Assembly (NCBI GenBank): GCA_010405405.1
Contig: MU004234.1
Coordinates: 106,993 to 170,992 of the forward strand
Origin: Microthyrium microscopicum
Lineage: Eukaryota
Length of the DNA stretch: 64,000 bases
Direction of reading: 5' to 3'
The position numbers and the translations under genes were made by a program. Below, one piece after another: positions 12,704-26,514 of the stretch (positions are counted from its first letter, which is position 1; each line of letters starts with the position of its first letter). Under the pieces are notes generated by a model, which ran no database searches, was not told the origin of the DNA, and was given only the letters and a program-made list of their open reading frames with translations.

Positions 12704-14320
12704 CTAATTCAAACGCACGTAGTTGCCTATCGCGATGTTAGTCATACACCAAGAGTGTTGCGATTTTAGTCATACCTGGGAATTGCCCTTGCTTTCCATT
12801 GACCTTTCCTGTCCACCACTCGTTATCATTGTTGGTCTTGGTGAGGATTTCGATCACATCTCCTGCGCTGAAGCTGAGATCTCCATGAGCTTGTGCCTCG
12901 TAGTCGTATAGCGCAGTCACGGTTTCTGCTTTTGGCCCGGCTGCAAGTCTTGATGGCTTTGGTTTTGGAGGAGGAGGAGCAGCGCCTTTTGTCTTTGCAG
13001 CTGCCGCCAGAGCCATTTTGTTGTCTAAACCTGCGGTTGGAGGAGCAGACGTTGAAGTGGAAGCCGCAGCAGTGGATATATCACTGAGTGCTGGCTTCTC
13101 GCCCAGTGCCGGTTTCCCGCCCAGTACTGGTTTCTCCCCTAGCACTGGTTTGGCAGAATATGGTGGAGGAGGTGCTTCAGAACTTGAGTCGACTGTGTTT
13201 CTCCGAGCTCTACCGTAAATAGCGGCATACTTAGATTCCCCTGGTTTGGCGTTTTCTCCCTTCTTGACTCCGCCTTGAGTCTTCTTGAAGTTGGTGATGG
13301 ACAATGCTTGCGCAGTGTTCTTATTGTCTTCAGTGCGTTTGTCGAATCCTTCCTCAACGTCTATGCTGAAGTCGAAGTAGCCAATGTTTAGATTTTGCAT
13401 GCGCTCGTGCATTGTGTAGAAGATGTTGAGTTGCAGATAGTAGAGAGATGTGAATAGTGGTCGAATAAATTCTCTCTCGAGGTCGAAAAATTTGGGTAGT
13501 TCATCCTTGAGCAGCTCATTGAAATAATTGAAATCCTGGGTAGCTTGCTCAACATCGGCTTCTGCCTTGAAGATTGCTTTTTCATCTTTAATGGTCTTTT
13601 CCTTCTTGTCTTGCAATTTCTTGAGCGCTGTCCGGTGTCGATCGTAGTCGAGCTGTTTATGATCTCGTTTAACAGCTGTCTTTCGGATCTGTTTCATTAT
13701 TTCCAGCAGTTGATTGGCGGGGCCAATAATACGGGCATCGATTGTTTCTAGTTCTGGAGAGAGTGTTGCTTGAAGATCGCGCACAATCTCCTCGTACTGT
13801 TCACATGCTTGAATTCCTTCCGGATTTCCCTCGTCCTTGTATGAGTTCGGGTCTGACGGCCGTCCGGAAATCGGTTTGTATAGGTCGGCTAGAGCTTTGG
13901 AGAATTCAATCTGATGGCTCAACATCTCTGCGCCGGGATTAGACTTGCGCAGACCATATCGATGTGGTTATCTATGCTTACTGTTGATCGAGTCGGCGTA
14001 TCTTGAATTTGTTAGCGCAAGGTCGTTTCGAGCGATTTTCAGGCTCACTTTTTCGACTCTGTGTGTAGTTTCTTGGTTTCCTTCTCCAGTTCTTCAAAAC
14101 GCCGTTCAGCGTCTTCGTAGATTGGATCTTTTGTTATCTCTCCCTGCCATCCTTTGTCAGTTTGGGCGCGGATGGTCGCTGAGGAAGGCGATTGCATACC
14201 ATGCTGAACTTTTGTCGCACGGTTTGCGGAGTCTATCGGGAATTAGTACTCGAGCTACTCTGAATGAGCGCAGCGATCGCTTACCCGCACCAAGCTCCGT
14301 TGAAACCCCTTCCAGCTCAT
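12704..14320 (-). CDS. RVS167: Amphiphysin BAR+SH3 endocytosis protein
   Basis: Starts MSWKGFQRSLVR; BAR segment KRDHKQLDYDRH; C-terminal SH3 ALYDYEAQAHGDLSF...WWTG...GQFPG|NYVRLN*. Confidence 0.93.
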
Positions 14321-15029
14321 GTTTACGGTTGTACAAGCAACTTGGCGGATTGCGCCGGAATATGAGAGAAGCTATTCGCAAGCGAATTTGAAGGAGTTGA
14401 AGAGCGTAGCGATGTAAAGGAATTGAGATAGTAGGATTTGGAACGATGCTAAAAAAGGATTATAGATCCAGGCAACCCTATTTGGAGTTGGTGATATAGG
14501 GCCAGGAGTGACGAGTACAGGAGGGCTTAGCGGGCGGGAAGGGATGATCAGATGGTGAAGTGGTCGTTGCGTCACAGTGAGCAATGGGGCAGTTTACCAG
14601 CAAACGGAGTCGCCTGTTGCTTTTGATCACTTTGGTAGAGAAGAGAGGTATAGAGCGATGTAGAGAGAAGTGCAGATATTAAGACGATAGAAGTATCATA
14701 CATGCTCCAGCTCGGGATATGAGGATGGCAGGAGGTACCCGACCGTACCTTCCCACAGTTCCTTCGTTCCTTCCATTCTTTCTCAAGCCCACCCAGACCC
14801 CTGCTTGGAGATGCATGTCGTCACACCCTGTTGCTAGCTCGGCTTTAACCTCTTACTAACTCGGCTTTAGCCTCACATGATCATTTATTTCCCAAATGCC
14901 AAGACTGACTAACCATTTACCTCCACCAAAAGTTGTGACCCGTCCATTGATTGATTGAGCCTTTTCGCCTCCAGGCCAAGGCATCACTTATCAGATCTCA
15001 AATCTGAACAACTACACACATCAACCATC

Positions 15030-16796
15030 ATGTCTAATATAGTTCGTCCAGCAGTGAGGCAGGTCCTACGGACTTGTTCAAGACCCTCAGCCGCCTCAAA
15101 ACTATCCAGAGCAACATGCGCCATACAATCGCGGCATGTGTCCCAAACCAAGCCCGCCAACGCCACCATCAATGTCGACTCTGTTATCAAGGCCGGCCAA
15201 AAGGACTTTGTCAAGAGGACGGGCACCAAGCTCGAGGATATGTCCTTGCCAGGCTCCGGAATATCCGCTGATGCTGCCATGAGTCCTTCTGCTGGTATGT
15301 TTGCGGCTATCATACGTCGGATATAGTCACTAATGATATTCATAGCCATTCTTGGTGAAGCCTCCATCATGGATGAAGGAAAACGTCCAATCTACCTCGA
15401 TATGCAAGCCACGACACCTGTAGACCCAAGAGTACTCGATGCGATGCTACCGTTCATGACTGGATCATATGGAAACCCCCACTCCAAGACACATGCATAC
15501 GGTTGGGAGACGGAGAAGGCTGTCGAAGAAGCAAGAGAGCACATCGCTAGGTTAATAGGCGCCGATGCCAAGGACATTATTTTCACAAGCGGAGCAACCG
15601 AGAGTAACAATATGAGCGTCAAGGGTGTCGCAAGATTCTTTGGCCGAGGTGGCAAGAAGAACCATATTATAACCTGTCAAACGGAACACAAATGCGTCTT
15701 GGATTCGGCAAGGCATCTTCAAGATGAAGGATTCGAGGTTACCTTTCTTCCCGTACAAACCAATGGACTTGTCGATATGCAAGAACTGGAAAAGGCAATC
15801 CGCCCTACAACATGTCTTGTCAGCATAATGACTGTCAACAACGAAATTGGAGTAGTACAGCCTGTCAATGAAATTGGAAAGCTTTGCAGAAGCAAGAAGG
15901 TGTTCTTCCACACTGATGCTGCACAAGCGGTTGGCAAGATTCCTATTGATGTCAACGAGATGACTGTTGATCTCATGTCAATATCTGGACACAAAATCTA
16001 CGGCCCCAAAGGCATCGGAGCTTGCTATGTTCGACGGCGACCGAGAGTCAGACTTGATCCAATCATTACTGGTGGTGGCCAAGAGAGAGGTTTAAGAAGT
16101 GGCACATTACCCGCCAACCTTGCCATTGGAATGGGTAAAGCGGCTCAAATATGTCTCGAGGAGATGGAGGTAAGCTCACCATTTTCTCTACGCGCCATTG
16201 TCCTTTTATGATTTTATTATGCTTTACATGCAAAATCGGCATAAGAAGGTAGCAGTGCGCAGGTTCTCCTGTTGTTATCCTTCGGTGTTGAAGAAAAGCA
16301 GGGGTTATGATTGTAATTGCTGTCATGAAGCTTTTTCTTTAGTTGGAGAGAATGATACTGACAAGCAATGTAGTACGACTCCAAGCGCATTGCTTATCTA
16401 TCGACAAAGCTATCTGAGGGCCTCCTCTCTATGGAGCATACACATCTCAATGGTGACCCCACCCGCCATTACCCCGGATGTGTTAACATTTCTTTCGCCT
16501 ACGTCGAAGGGGAGTCACTCCTGATGGCCTTGAAAGATATCGCCCTCTCTTCCGGTTCAGCATGCACGTCTGCATCATTGGAACCAAGCTATGTTCTTCG
16601 TGCCCTCGGCAACAGCGACGAGGATGCACATAGCAGTATTAGATTTGGAATTGGCAGATTCACCACAGAGGAAGAGATCGACTACGTGTTGAAGGCTGTT
16701 AGCGAGAGAGTTAACTTCTTGCGGGAGCTTAGTCCTCTGTGGGAGCTGGTACAGGAGGGGGTTGATTTAAACACGATTGAATGGTCGCAACATTAG
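15030..16796 (+). CDS. NFS1: Mitochondrial cysteine desulfurase
   Basis: Mitochondrial presequence; [23 protein letters not shown]-lysine; SSGSACTS catalytic Cys; ends IEWSQH. Two introns. Confidence 0.97.
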
Positions 16797-17277
16797 ACGA
16801 TTACCATGGAGAAGCGCAATGTTGTATTTGTATAACTATTATATGCGACACACGATCGCTAAGGATGGTCGTTTGGAGGCGTTGAAATCAAGATACCACT
16901 CTCTGTCGGTTTCCTGTGAAATCTTACACTGTACATAGTATTGAACGAATTGAAGCCATGACTTGAGACCAATTCACAAAGTACAGCTAAAAATAGACAA
17001 TGTTAGGACCAATATTCATCTTTGAGGCCGCCCAGAAATGGTTGTTGATGAACTGAGATTCTCGCGATGCATGCCCCACGACTCTTGGCTCCAAACTCAA
17101 CTTCGTCACCTAAGCTCCCAAGCTCTCAAGCTTTCCTACAAATTCACGGACCGCTAATTTTCACGGTTCCTTCCATCATGAATTACCGAAGCTTAATTTC
17201 ATAATTATTGCTCCTTGGCATAATCTCGCCGCCTTGGAGCTTACGATTCCTGCCTTCCGTCGCGAACCGTTGCGATC

Positions 17278-19150
17278 ATGGCAGTCGTGCCAGGCAAGGT
17301 CCTCAGCTGGCTCTACGGAGTTCTTAGAAATGTATGCGACCACCATGAATAAGGTTGATGGAATGGGGACTGATGTGCTGATAGGAATACCAAGACCCCA
17401 ACCGAACCTACAACGATGTCGCGCGAACACTCTCCAACTATCCCTCCCTAACGCCTCGAACAGATGTATACAGTCAGTCTCACCAAAACCACCCTCCACC
17501 TCTACCTCTGAATCATATTGACATATCATCATAGCATTTGAAAACGGCTCCTCAGCGCTCCTCCTCCTCCTAAACGGCACAATCCCCGTCGAATTCCGCG
17601 GCCAAGTCTACAGATTCCCTGTCCAACTATGGATACCACAGAACTACCCAAGAGAAGGTCCGATCGCATATGTTGTTCCGGCTCAGGATATGGCGATACG
17701 GCCGGGACAACATGTTGCTGGAGATGGGCGGGTTTATCATCCCTACCTGGCTCAGTGGGGACGGTATTGGGATAAGAGCTCGCTATTCGACTTTGTGACG
17801 ATTTTGAGGGATGTTTTTGCGAAGGATCCGCCTGTTATGTCGAAACAGCAGGCTACTCAGCAAGCGTCCATACAGTCAGTGCCAATACAACCTGCGGCTG
17901 CGGCGGATGGACGTCCTCCGCCGGTTCCTCCGCCGCCGCAGGAGTATAGACAGTCGATACCACCAGGGCCTTCTACTTCGTCGCAGCGAGAGGACTCGGG
18001 TCCTCCTCCACCTCCACCGAAAGGGGGTGTTTATGGGAACGCACAGAATCCAGTATCTCCACCTCCGCAAATATCACAGCATGGGCCTCCTCCTATACCG
18101 CCATTACCACAAGAGTTCCGGGCTTCTAGTTCGGGGACACAGCGAGGCTGGCAGCCCACTGGTCCAGGGGCTCAAGCACATGGCTCTCATCAGCCAAACT
18201 ACAGAAGACAAAGCGTTGAGATTGGATCCTCTCATAATCTCCAACAACCACCCGGACATCCACAACCCCTACGATCACCACTTCAGCACGAATATCAAGG
18301 CCCAGTCAGCCCCATAGAACCAGATCCGCGTTACAGCCAATACCCACCCCAACAAGCAGGTCCTCCACCCCAACACCCAGGCCCCATACAGCCAAACCAA
18401 TACGCTCAAGTCGGTCCTCCACAAGGCCCAACGCAGGCCTACTATAACTCCCAGCCCCTCCACCCCCAAGAACAACCACAACAATCCTACCATCCACCAC
18501 CGCAGCCAAAACCACCACCAGTCGACCTCCTCACTTCACCTCTAGACGTCACCATCCCCTCTCAAACAGGCACTCTTTCTCCTCTTCCGGCACCTCCCAT
18601 ACCACCGAACCCCGAAAAGGATGCCCTCCTTCACGCCCTCTCCAGCGCCCTCGTTGCCCAATCCACACGAACTCTTGACGCAAATCTAACAGCAATAACC
18701 CCCCTCCTAGCCCAACAAGCCGCTCTCCGATCCGCCCACGCCACCCTCTCCGCCGAACTCCAACAACTCACCCAACTAGATGAAGTCCTCGCTGCAAACG
18801 AACACATCCTCCGGTCCGCCATGCGCGATGCCGAAAACGTGCGGCGCGAAGCATCCGGCAAGAGCGTTCCGGAAGTCGACGAGTTGTTAGTATGTCCGAG
18901 CGTCGTGGGCAGTCAGTTGTATACGCTTGTGGCTGATGTCAAAGGCATTGAGGAGGCGAGGATGGGTCTCACGAGAGCGTTGGATCGTGGACGTGTGGGA
19001 CTGGAGGTCTGGGCGAGACAGATGAGGGGGTTGGGGAGGGAGGAGTTCTTGAAAAAGGCGTTGGGGAGAAAGATTGCGAGGGGGATGGGGTTGGATGAGC
19101 GAAGGTGGGATGGGGTGAAGGAGTTTGGGTATATGGGACATCGAGGTTGA
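17278..19150 (+). CDS. VPS23: ESCRT-I subunit (TSG101 homologue)
   Basis: MAVVPGKVLSWLYGVL start; UEV domain (LLLLNGTIPVEFRGQVYRFPVQLWIP, GRVYHPYL); Pro-rich middle; coiled coil; SB/Vps23 core (QLYTLVAD...ALDRGRV...R.LGREEFLKKAL). Confidence 0.92.
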
Positions 19151-19483
19151 GATGTAGGTGAGGCTGGAATTGATGGCATATGCCTTTTTGCTTGTCAGGC
19201 TGAATTGGCGACACGAAGGGAGTAAGCTAATGTACGATCCAATGCATGCTGCGCCTCGTACTGTAGCTGGCATGGCCATTGGGTGCGGTAAGGCTGAATT
19301 GGAAGATCTTGCATGTAAGACAGCTCGAGCTTCCTGGTTCACTCCAGTAGATTCCTGCCCGCTCTCCCAACCGACGAAAATCCTTCGCTCAAAGTTGCTG
19401 TCCATAAACGTGTTTTATATCAACGCGATTTGTATCAACGCAACACCGCCAGCACACTGTCATTGAGCCATGAGCGCACGGCA

Positions 19484-21548
19484 ATGGTCTGCACAATCTG
19501 TAAAGACCTGGCACCGGAACCTTTTAGTAGACTAAATGTCAGCAATGTCCCATTCGACCAGCTCTCCTCCTCAATGCGGCAAGGCTGCTTGAGTTGTTCC
19601 ATCATCTACCGGGCCATCTTATCGTTTAACGATGCAAACGATATCAAATACGTCCATATCGACTCAGCCATGGAAAACGATAATACCATCAATACCCAAG
19701 CTCATTTCGGAGCACGTAGGATGCTAACGATCAATAAATCATGGTCATCTTTGGATCGCGTTCGCGGTGTAGAGCTATACACCACTGACAGTGCGTATTT
19801 CGGAACTCAAGCGAAGCCCACCTTGCGTATTGTATATTGACTTCGCTGATGCAAGGTGATTTGTAGCACGAGTTACCAGCCGTTGGCCAGCTATTACCAT
19901 GGCTTCGCATATCTCTGAGGATCCGTCATCGCGCAAATGTCTTGATCAAGCTCGAAGTTGGCTGAGTTATTGCAGAGATTACCATTCTTCAGCCAGTTGT
20001 GGAACAGCAAGTCCAAAACGACTACCGACCAGAGTTATTCGGACTGGTGTTAGCTCTACAACACTTTCATTACACGAAACAGCTCAAGGAGACCGTGGAA
20101 TATACGCCGCACTCAGCTATTGCTGGGGCAGTTCTAGGGCATTCACCACCACGATTAGCTCTCTTAGTAAAAGAAAAGCCGGCTTTGCCTTAGGAAACTT
20201 GCCTCGTACCATCCGGCATGCTGTTGAAGTAGCTCAAGCTCTATCGATACCATATCTTTGGGTAGACTCCTTGTGTATTATCCAGGATTCTCCAACCGAC
20301 TGGGATACTGAAGCTACGCGAATGTGTTCAGTCTACGAAAATGCCCTGGTCACATTCGCAGCTGTTGATTCTCCTGACAATCGAACGGGGATGTTTCTGA
20401 CATCAGAAAGCAGACTAACTAAGAAGCTAGACTTGAGAATGGCGGATGGAACGACCTCCAGCGTGCACGCCAGGATTTCGCGTGATCGGGAGAGGCTAGG
20501 GATCATACACTACAACCCATTCATCCAACGAGCCTCGAAGACGAATATACTCGAAACTCGAGGCTGGACTTTCCAAGAGCTAAGCTTATCAACCCGGATA
20601 CTTTGGTTCTCGTGCGATGAGCTTGCCTGGTCATGTCATGAGATAGGCGTATGCGAGTGTAAACCTGAGCCAATACCTCGTAGTCTCTGTTTGTCTGCTA
20701 ACCACAACGTGCATCCGAACAGGTTTCTTGCTTGTACCGACGACGACTCTACTAGCTGGATATTGGAATGGATGCAAATTGTTGACAAGTTTACATTAAG
20801 ACACTTATCCTTCCAAAAGGACCGCCTCCCAGCTCTGGCCGGACTAGCGGCAGCCTTCCAAACGCGTGTCAATGGATTATACTGTGGAGGGTTGTGGGGA
20901 TTGAATCTCCAGGCTCAATTGCTATGGTACTCTGACACTCAACCTTCTGCAATCGATGCAAGGCCTCCGATGGAGGTACCAGTTATCGACTATGCACCTT
21001 CCTGGTCATGGGCGTCCGTATCTGGCCATATCATGTACTATCCTGGTTCTCTAGATGATGGGCTGACTCAATGGTTGTGGAAGTTAACAGACTTGGACTT
21101 CAAACCGCGAGGAGCAAACCCTTACGGTGCAGGCTCCGGATCACTCTCCATAGAGGGATCGTTGGTTCCGTTTCGTTTTTCCTCCCGGTCAGCTTTTGAC
21201 GCAGCAGCATTTGAGCCTTATCTTAATTATCCTAAAGGCTATTTCGACGATGAAGTTTTCGGTACGGCGGAGGCCGACGTTACACTGGACCCACGACATG
21301 ACCATGAATCACTATGGCAAGAATTGAAAAATGAAAGGCTTTGGGTTTTAGTTGCTGCTGTTTCATTGTCAAAGCAAGAAGGCGAGGACGATTTCTACTA
21401 CCAAGGAATACTTATTAAACGTGTTGGCGGATCACAGACATACACACGAGTTGGATATGTGCTAACTCATCCAACGAGCGTGAAAGGCAATAAGAATTTC
21501 GTCACTCTAGAAGGTTTGTTTGAAAGACATTTAATTCGACTGATATAA
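19484..21548 (+). CDS. HET-domain (heterokaryon incompatibility) protein
   Basis: N-terminal CxxC...CxxC; LPTRVI; YAALSYCWG; YLWVDSLCIIQD..DW..EA.RM..VY.NA; RGWTFQE; DRLPALAGLA; APSWSWAS. One intron at ~19791-19866. Confidence 0.93.
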
Positions 21549-22099
21549 CTACCTGCCTCGGCAACAGTCTATCAGATAATCTACTGGAATAGCAAGATGA
21601 GCAAGATCGGTATCAGTCGTTCCAAGTCAGTACTTGTATATCTGTAGAAAGATATAGCTTAGGTATGTTTCCACTCGATCTGTTTAGTGTCGGATGCATT
21701 CGTGTTGCTAAATATAATCATCTGATAGATTAAAACATGCTGTCATGAACATCCGAGGGTCACTGCGGTATAGTAGACAACATATGACAGTGTAATATCG
21801 ATCCTCCAATAAGGTTCAATCAAGCCGGTGCCAATGCCTCTTTTTTATATTATATCGGGGCAGAGCTGGACATGATGTAATGTTTCCCGAGCCTGGTAAC
21901 CGGATTTCCGGTCTGCTGTCAAAACAACAAAGTATAAATAAGCTCCTGTGTTCGTTCTTTGCGACAACTGATCTAATCATACAAGCCCAATACATTTCCA
22001 ATCAGAGTAAGAGCACAATATCACAAACTAGAACCAGACCATCAAATCATCAGATCATCATACATCAGAGCAAGATCATTTCATCACAAAAACTCCACT

Positions 22100-23067
22100 A
22101 TGGCAGACGTAGATCAGATATCACCGGTCTCAACACAACAAGAACTTACCAACCCACCACCATCACTTCAAAACTTCTACGACACCGATCTTCTAGAAGT
22201 TCCCCCAGAGGCTCAGAAACTCTTAGAAAGCTACAGCCATATCCCATCAGACGAAGTAATGCCTCACATCCTCAACATCCGCGATGAAGCACTCAAAAGC
22301 GTAAGCTACATTGCCTCCCATCACGGACCAAACTAACACATGTACAGTGTCCTTCCCACTCAATAGCAACCTACCGCTTCCTCGACCTCGCCCTCGCCCG
22401 CAGCGCCAACTATCCCGACATCCTCTCCCGCCTCCAACACGGGCACGCCCAATTCCTTGACCTGGGCTGCGGCCTGGGCTCCTCCCTCCGCCAATTAGTC
22501 CAAGACGGCGTCTCCTCAGAACACTTATACGGCGCAGACATCAACCCATCATACTTCCCCATCGGCTACGATCTCTACCGCGATGCCTTCAAATTCAACG
22601 CACTCTTCCTAGGCGCCGACCTCTTCGACCACAGCCCAGGAAGCGTTCTAAAGCAACTAGAGCACAAAGTCGATATAATCTGGACATCCAACGTCCTCGA
22701 CCTCTTCGGGCGACGACAACAAGTGGCCGCAATAGTATCTATGCTCAAACTACTCAAACCCGCGCCCGACACCATGCTAGCCGGCCACCTAATCGGCCAT
22801 GAGAAGGCGGGTGAGTATCCTGGGCCGGAAGGAGGAAAGGAGTTGGCAGTATATCGACATGATAAGCATAGTTTCAAGAAGATGTTCCATGAGGCGTGTG
22901 ATATTGTGGGCGAGAAGTGGGAGACGGAAGTTACTGTGGTGCCGTGGAAGGAGACGGTGAAGACGAATAGAAAGAGCGAGGGGATGGAGGGATTGAAGGA
23001 GGTGTGGTTTTTTGCGAGGAAGTTGTCGAGAGTTGATGGGGCGACGAGTCATAAGTTTGTATTTTAG
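22100..23067 (+). CDS. SAM-dependent methyltransferase
   Basis: LLESYSHIP..V.PHI..IRDEA; FLDLGCGLG SAM motif; LYGADI; GYDLYRD. One intron at 22301-22347. Confidence 0.85.
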
Positions 23068-25057
23068 GGATACCTTGTGATTTGAATAGTAATTGGATGA
23101 GATGATACCTTCATGTATTGCGTTTTTTTCTTTGGTCTTTGTGTCTGCTGGATACTAAACTATTGTACGGAGCGATGAGACATTGTGTCTACCAACGTGG
23201 CATTCGAAAAGAATCCGTCGATTAAGATTGTTTCTTTTTTGATACGGCCACTGTGAATATCATCAGCTGGTTGGATTTCGGCACTGTATGACTTGGAATA
23301 AAGACCACAAGACTGTTTCGTCAGACACTGCACGATACCTAGTACAGAGCACCTCAAATGACACGTCGGCCGTGGATTTTTCAGAATGGCTGGCGAAACG
23401 CAAACTTTGAAACCACGCTCCTCGGTTTATACATCATACAAGGCATTGTATAGTTCTGTGTTGCTGCAGTAGCTTTTCGCAGCGACACGAAGAAGTACAA
23501 GGGAGGTTGGAAACCGTCACACACGCACAAGTCGGCTCAAATTGAATCTGATAAGCGGTACTTTACATCAAGATGTAACATTCAGTTCATGAAGACAAAC
23601 TTGCATCTTGTGAGCACAATATCGCGATTCCAGTGGCAAAAAAGTCACGACAATTCAATAGTTCAAGTCCTAAATTTAGACTTTTGTAGTCACGAAGCCT
23701 GGAAAGCTCGGATGCGAGAAGCCCCTTTTAGGCATTTAGACGCCAAACCGCGGCAATTCGTATAGTAAGGCCAATGATATTAATGGATCTATGGAAGGCG
23801 CTACAAACGACCATTCCAGAACAAATCCTTGTGTCGATTTATTGGGCGGCGGGGGCCGAATTGTTGCATTCGACTGAGGCTGTGCAACAAAGTCGGCTTT
23901 TACGCGTGGTTTTTGGCATTTTGCCTAGAAAAGCTTCGGTCAACGCATGAAAGTGGGCTTGATTTTTCTTGAAGAGCTGAACACGTTGGTTTGCAAAGTG
24001 GGTTCATGAGTATTGTGGAGTTTAACTTTGGCTGTCGTAATGATTGACGCATCAATAAGGAAGATTCTGTTATGATCTAGGACCTGACGACGCATCTGTC
24101 TGTAGGATTACGCACAATATCTGGCATTTTGAGGATTAATCAAGAGTGACAGTTGCTTGGATAAGCAAGAGGCAGTGTAACCACGTTTTATGTCGCACGC
24201 TTTGTGGGTCGCTGCAGGTACCGATCCCTTTTTCGGCCATTTTTGAAGTGAAAACGCGCATCTTAAGGCTACTCAAGCCTACCACCAAATAGTCCAGCCT
24301 CATGGCATTCAGACAGGGGTTTCCAGCCTCATTCGCTCCCTTTGGCCTGGTGTGACCTGGGTTAATCGCCATCTTTGTCCCGAATCGGTAAGATGCCGGC
24401 TTCTACTTGCGCCACCCTCCAGATAAGGCTGGCTCCTGGAGACACCCTCTGCGGCTTGGCCACTTGCCGGATCTTGCGGCTCTGAAGCTGACAGTGCAAC
24501 GGGAGAGAAAAACATCAAGTTGGGGCGACTTTACCTTTGGTGGTGACATCCGAGCCTCAACAAAAAGTCCACAAGTCCATGTCCTGCTTGTCCTTCTGCT
24601 TGTCCTTCTCTCTCCATTCTTTTACACCAACCAACCGCTTCAAACATTTCCCGACTTTCGTTTTCCTTTTCTGCGACCATTCCAGGATCTTCATTGCTAG
24701 GATTGGACGATTTGCACAGGGTACCATCACCACCGTATCATCATCCCATTGCTACGGAACACTGGAAGGCCTGACCACATCCTAGACTCCTGTCGTGGAT
24801 CATATAAATCACTACACCCTCGCTGCTTCTAGCCACAGGATTATTTCTTGTGCTTGTTCTTGATCAACTCTACATCTTCTAATACATTCGCTTGCTGCCA
24901 ACCTCACACCTTCACTGGTTGTGTGATTGTCTCCCGTTACCTACAAACTCCCGCGAAACTCACCATCATCTCGGACTGCTCCAACCCCTCTCGAAGCTTT
25001 CGAACCTCTTGATTACCTTCTCACTCTCGCTCCACAATACATACAAACTTTGTAATC

Positions 25058-26277
25058 ATGGGTCGTTTCTTCTCCGTTGCCGCTTTGGCATCTTTGCTCT
25101 CTATTGTGAGCGCTCAGACGTCGAGCTCTTGCAATCCCACACTCAGTAGGCGGCCCTCTCAGCAAATTGTTTCGATTGATGCTAACAGTGTTCAGAATCG
25201 GGCTGCCCAGCTGATCCAGCAATGGGCACAACTCTCGTTACCGATTTCACCAAAGCCAATGCTATTCCGGATGGCTGGTCGCTCGTACCTAATACTGTTG
25301 GGACTATCAACTACAATTCCAAAGGCGCCAACATCGTACTTGCGAAACAGGGCGACAATCCTACTCTTCAATCCAACGGCTATTTTCTCTATGGATCTTT
25401 CGAAGTCAAGATCATTGCTGCTCCAGGACAGGGTGTGGTCACTAGTATGATTTTGCTCTCCGACGATTTGGATGAAGTCGACTGGGTATGTCCATACAGC
25501 TACACAGACCCGCAAGGCAAAGACTAACAAGGAAAATAGGAACTTCTCGGCACCAACACCGCGCAGGTCCAGTCCAACTACTTCGGCAAAGGCGATGCCA
25601 CGACCTACAATCGTGCCGCGTGGCACGCTGTTGCAAACCCGCAAACCACCTCCCACACCTACAAAGTCGACTGGAGCAACAGTACCATCGTCTGGTCCAT
25701 TGACGGCACCCCCGTTCGTACACTCAACTACGCGGACGCTGCCAGCGGTACTCGCTTCCCGCAAACTCCTATGCGCGTCCGCATCGGCATCTGGGCAGGT
25801 GGTGACCCATCCAATGGCGAGGGCACAATCGAATGGGCCGGCGGTCTTACCGACTATACCAAAGCTCCTTATACCATGTATCTACAGAGTGTCTCAGTCA
25901 CCAACCTCAGCCCTGGCAAATCATACACATATTCGGATACCAGCGGCAGCTCTGGTAGCATCAAAGTTGACGGTGGATCCGTAGGTGCAGTCAGCGCAAG
26001 CTCCGTAGTCAAGGCCAGCAGCATGACGACCTCATTGAGCATTGCGTCCGCAGCACCAAGCAACCCTTTGACCTCCATGGCCAGCGGAAACGCAACAAAG
26101 GCGACAACATCGCCAACCGACAAGCCTTTGGCTGGAAGTGGTTCCGGTAGCAGCAATGCTAGCAGCACTGTTAGCACCGGTTCACCGCAGGCGACAAGTA
26201 ACGATTCTGGACGCCGCGAAGTTGTGTTCTTGGGCGCGTTGATTGCAAGTTTTGTATCAGCTATCATACTCGTTTAA
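25058..26277 (+). CDS. GPI-anchored GH16 Crh-family chitin transglycosylase
   Basis: Signal peptide; CNP..; SDDLDEVDWE catalytic motif; QSNYFGKG; PQTPMRVRIGIWAGGD..N..GTIEWAGG; Ser/Thr tail and hydrophobic GPI signal. Confidence 0.92.
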
Positions 26278-26514
26278 AAAAGGTTGACTTGTTGCTTATG
26301 CTTCTGGAGTGAGTGGGATACATGCGATTGGAATTCATTATAGACCGTTGAGATTCATTGGTAATTCGGTAGCCTAATCGGTGCCGGAGGTAATTGTATA
26401 ATGCCTGTTTTAATATCTACAAAATATACTATGGTTAGCATCCTCATTTGCCAATTATGCATCTATCTCTACTTGTTGAACCATCACCGGCACAAACCGC
26501 GACCCACAACTCCG

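Noticed and set aside
9543..23067. Secondary-metabolite cluster (P450 plus methyltransferase)
   Set aside because: No backbone synthase, and the two genes are separated by RVS167, NFS1 and VPS23.
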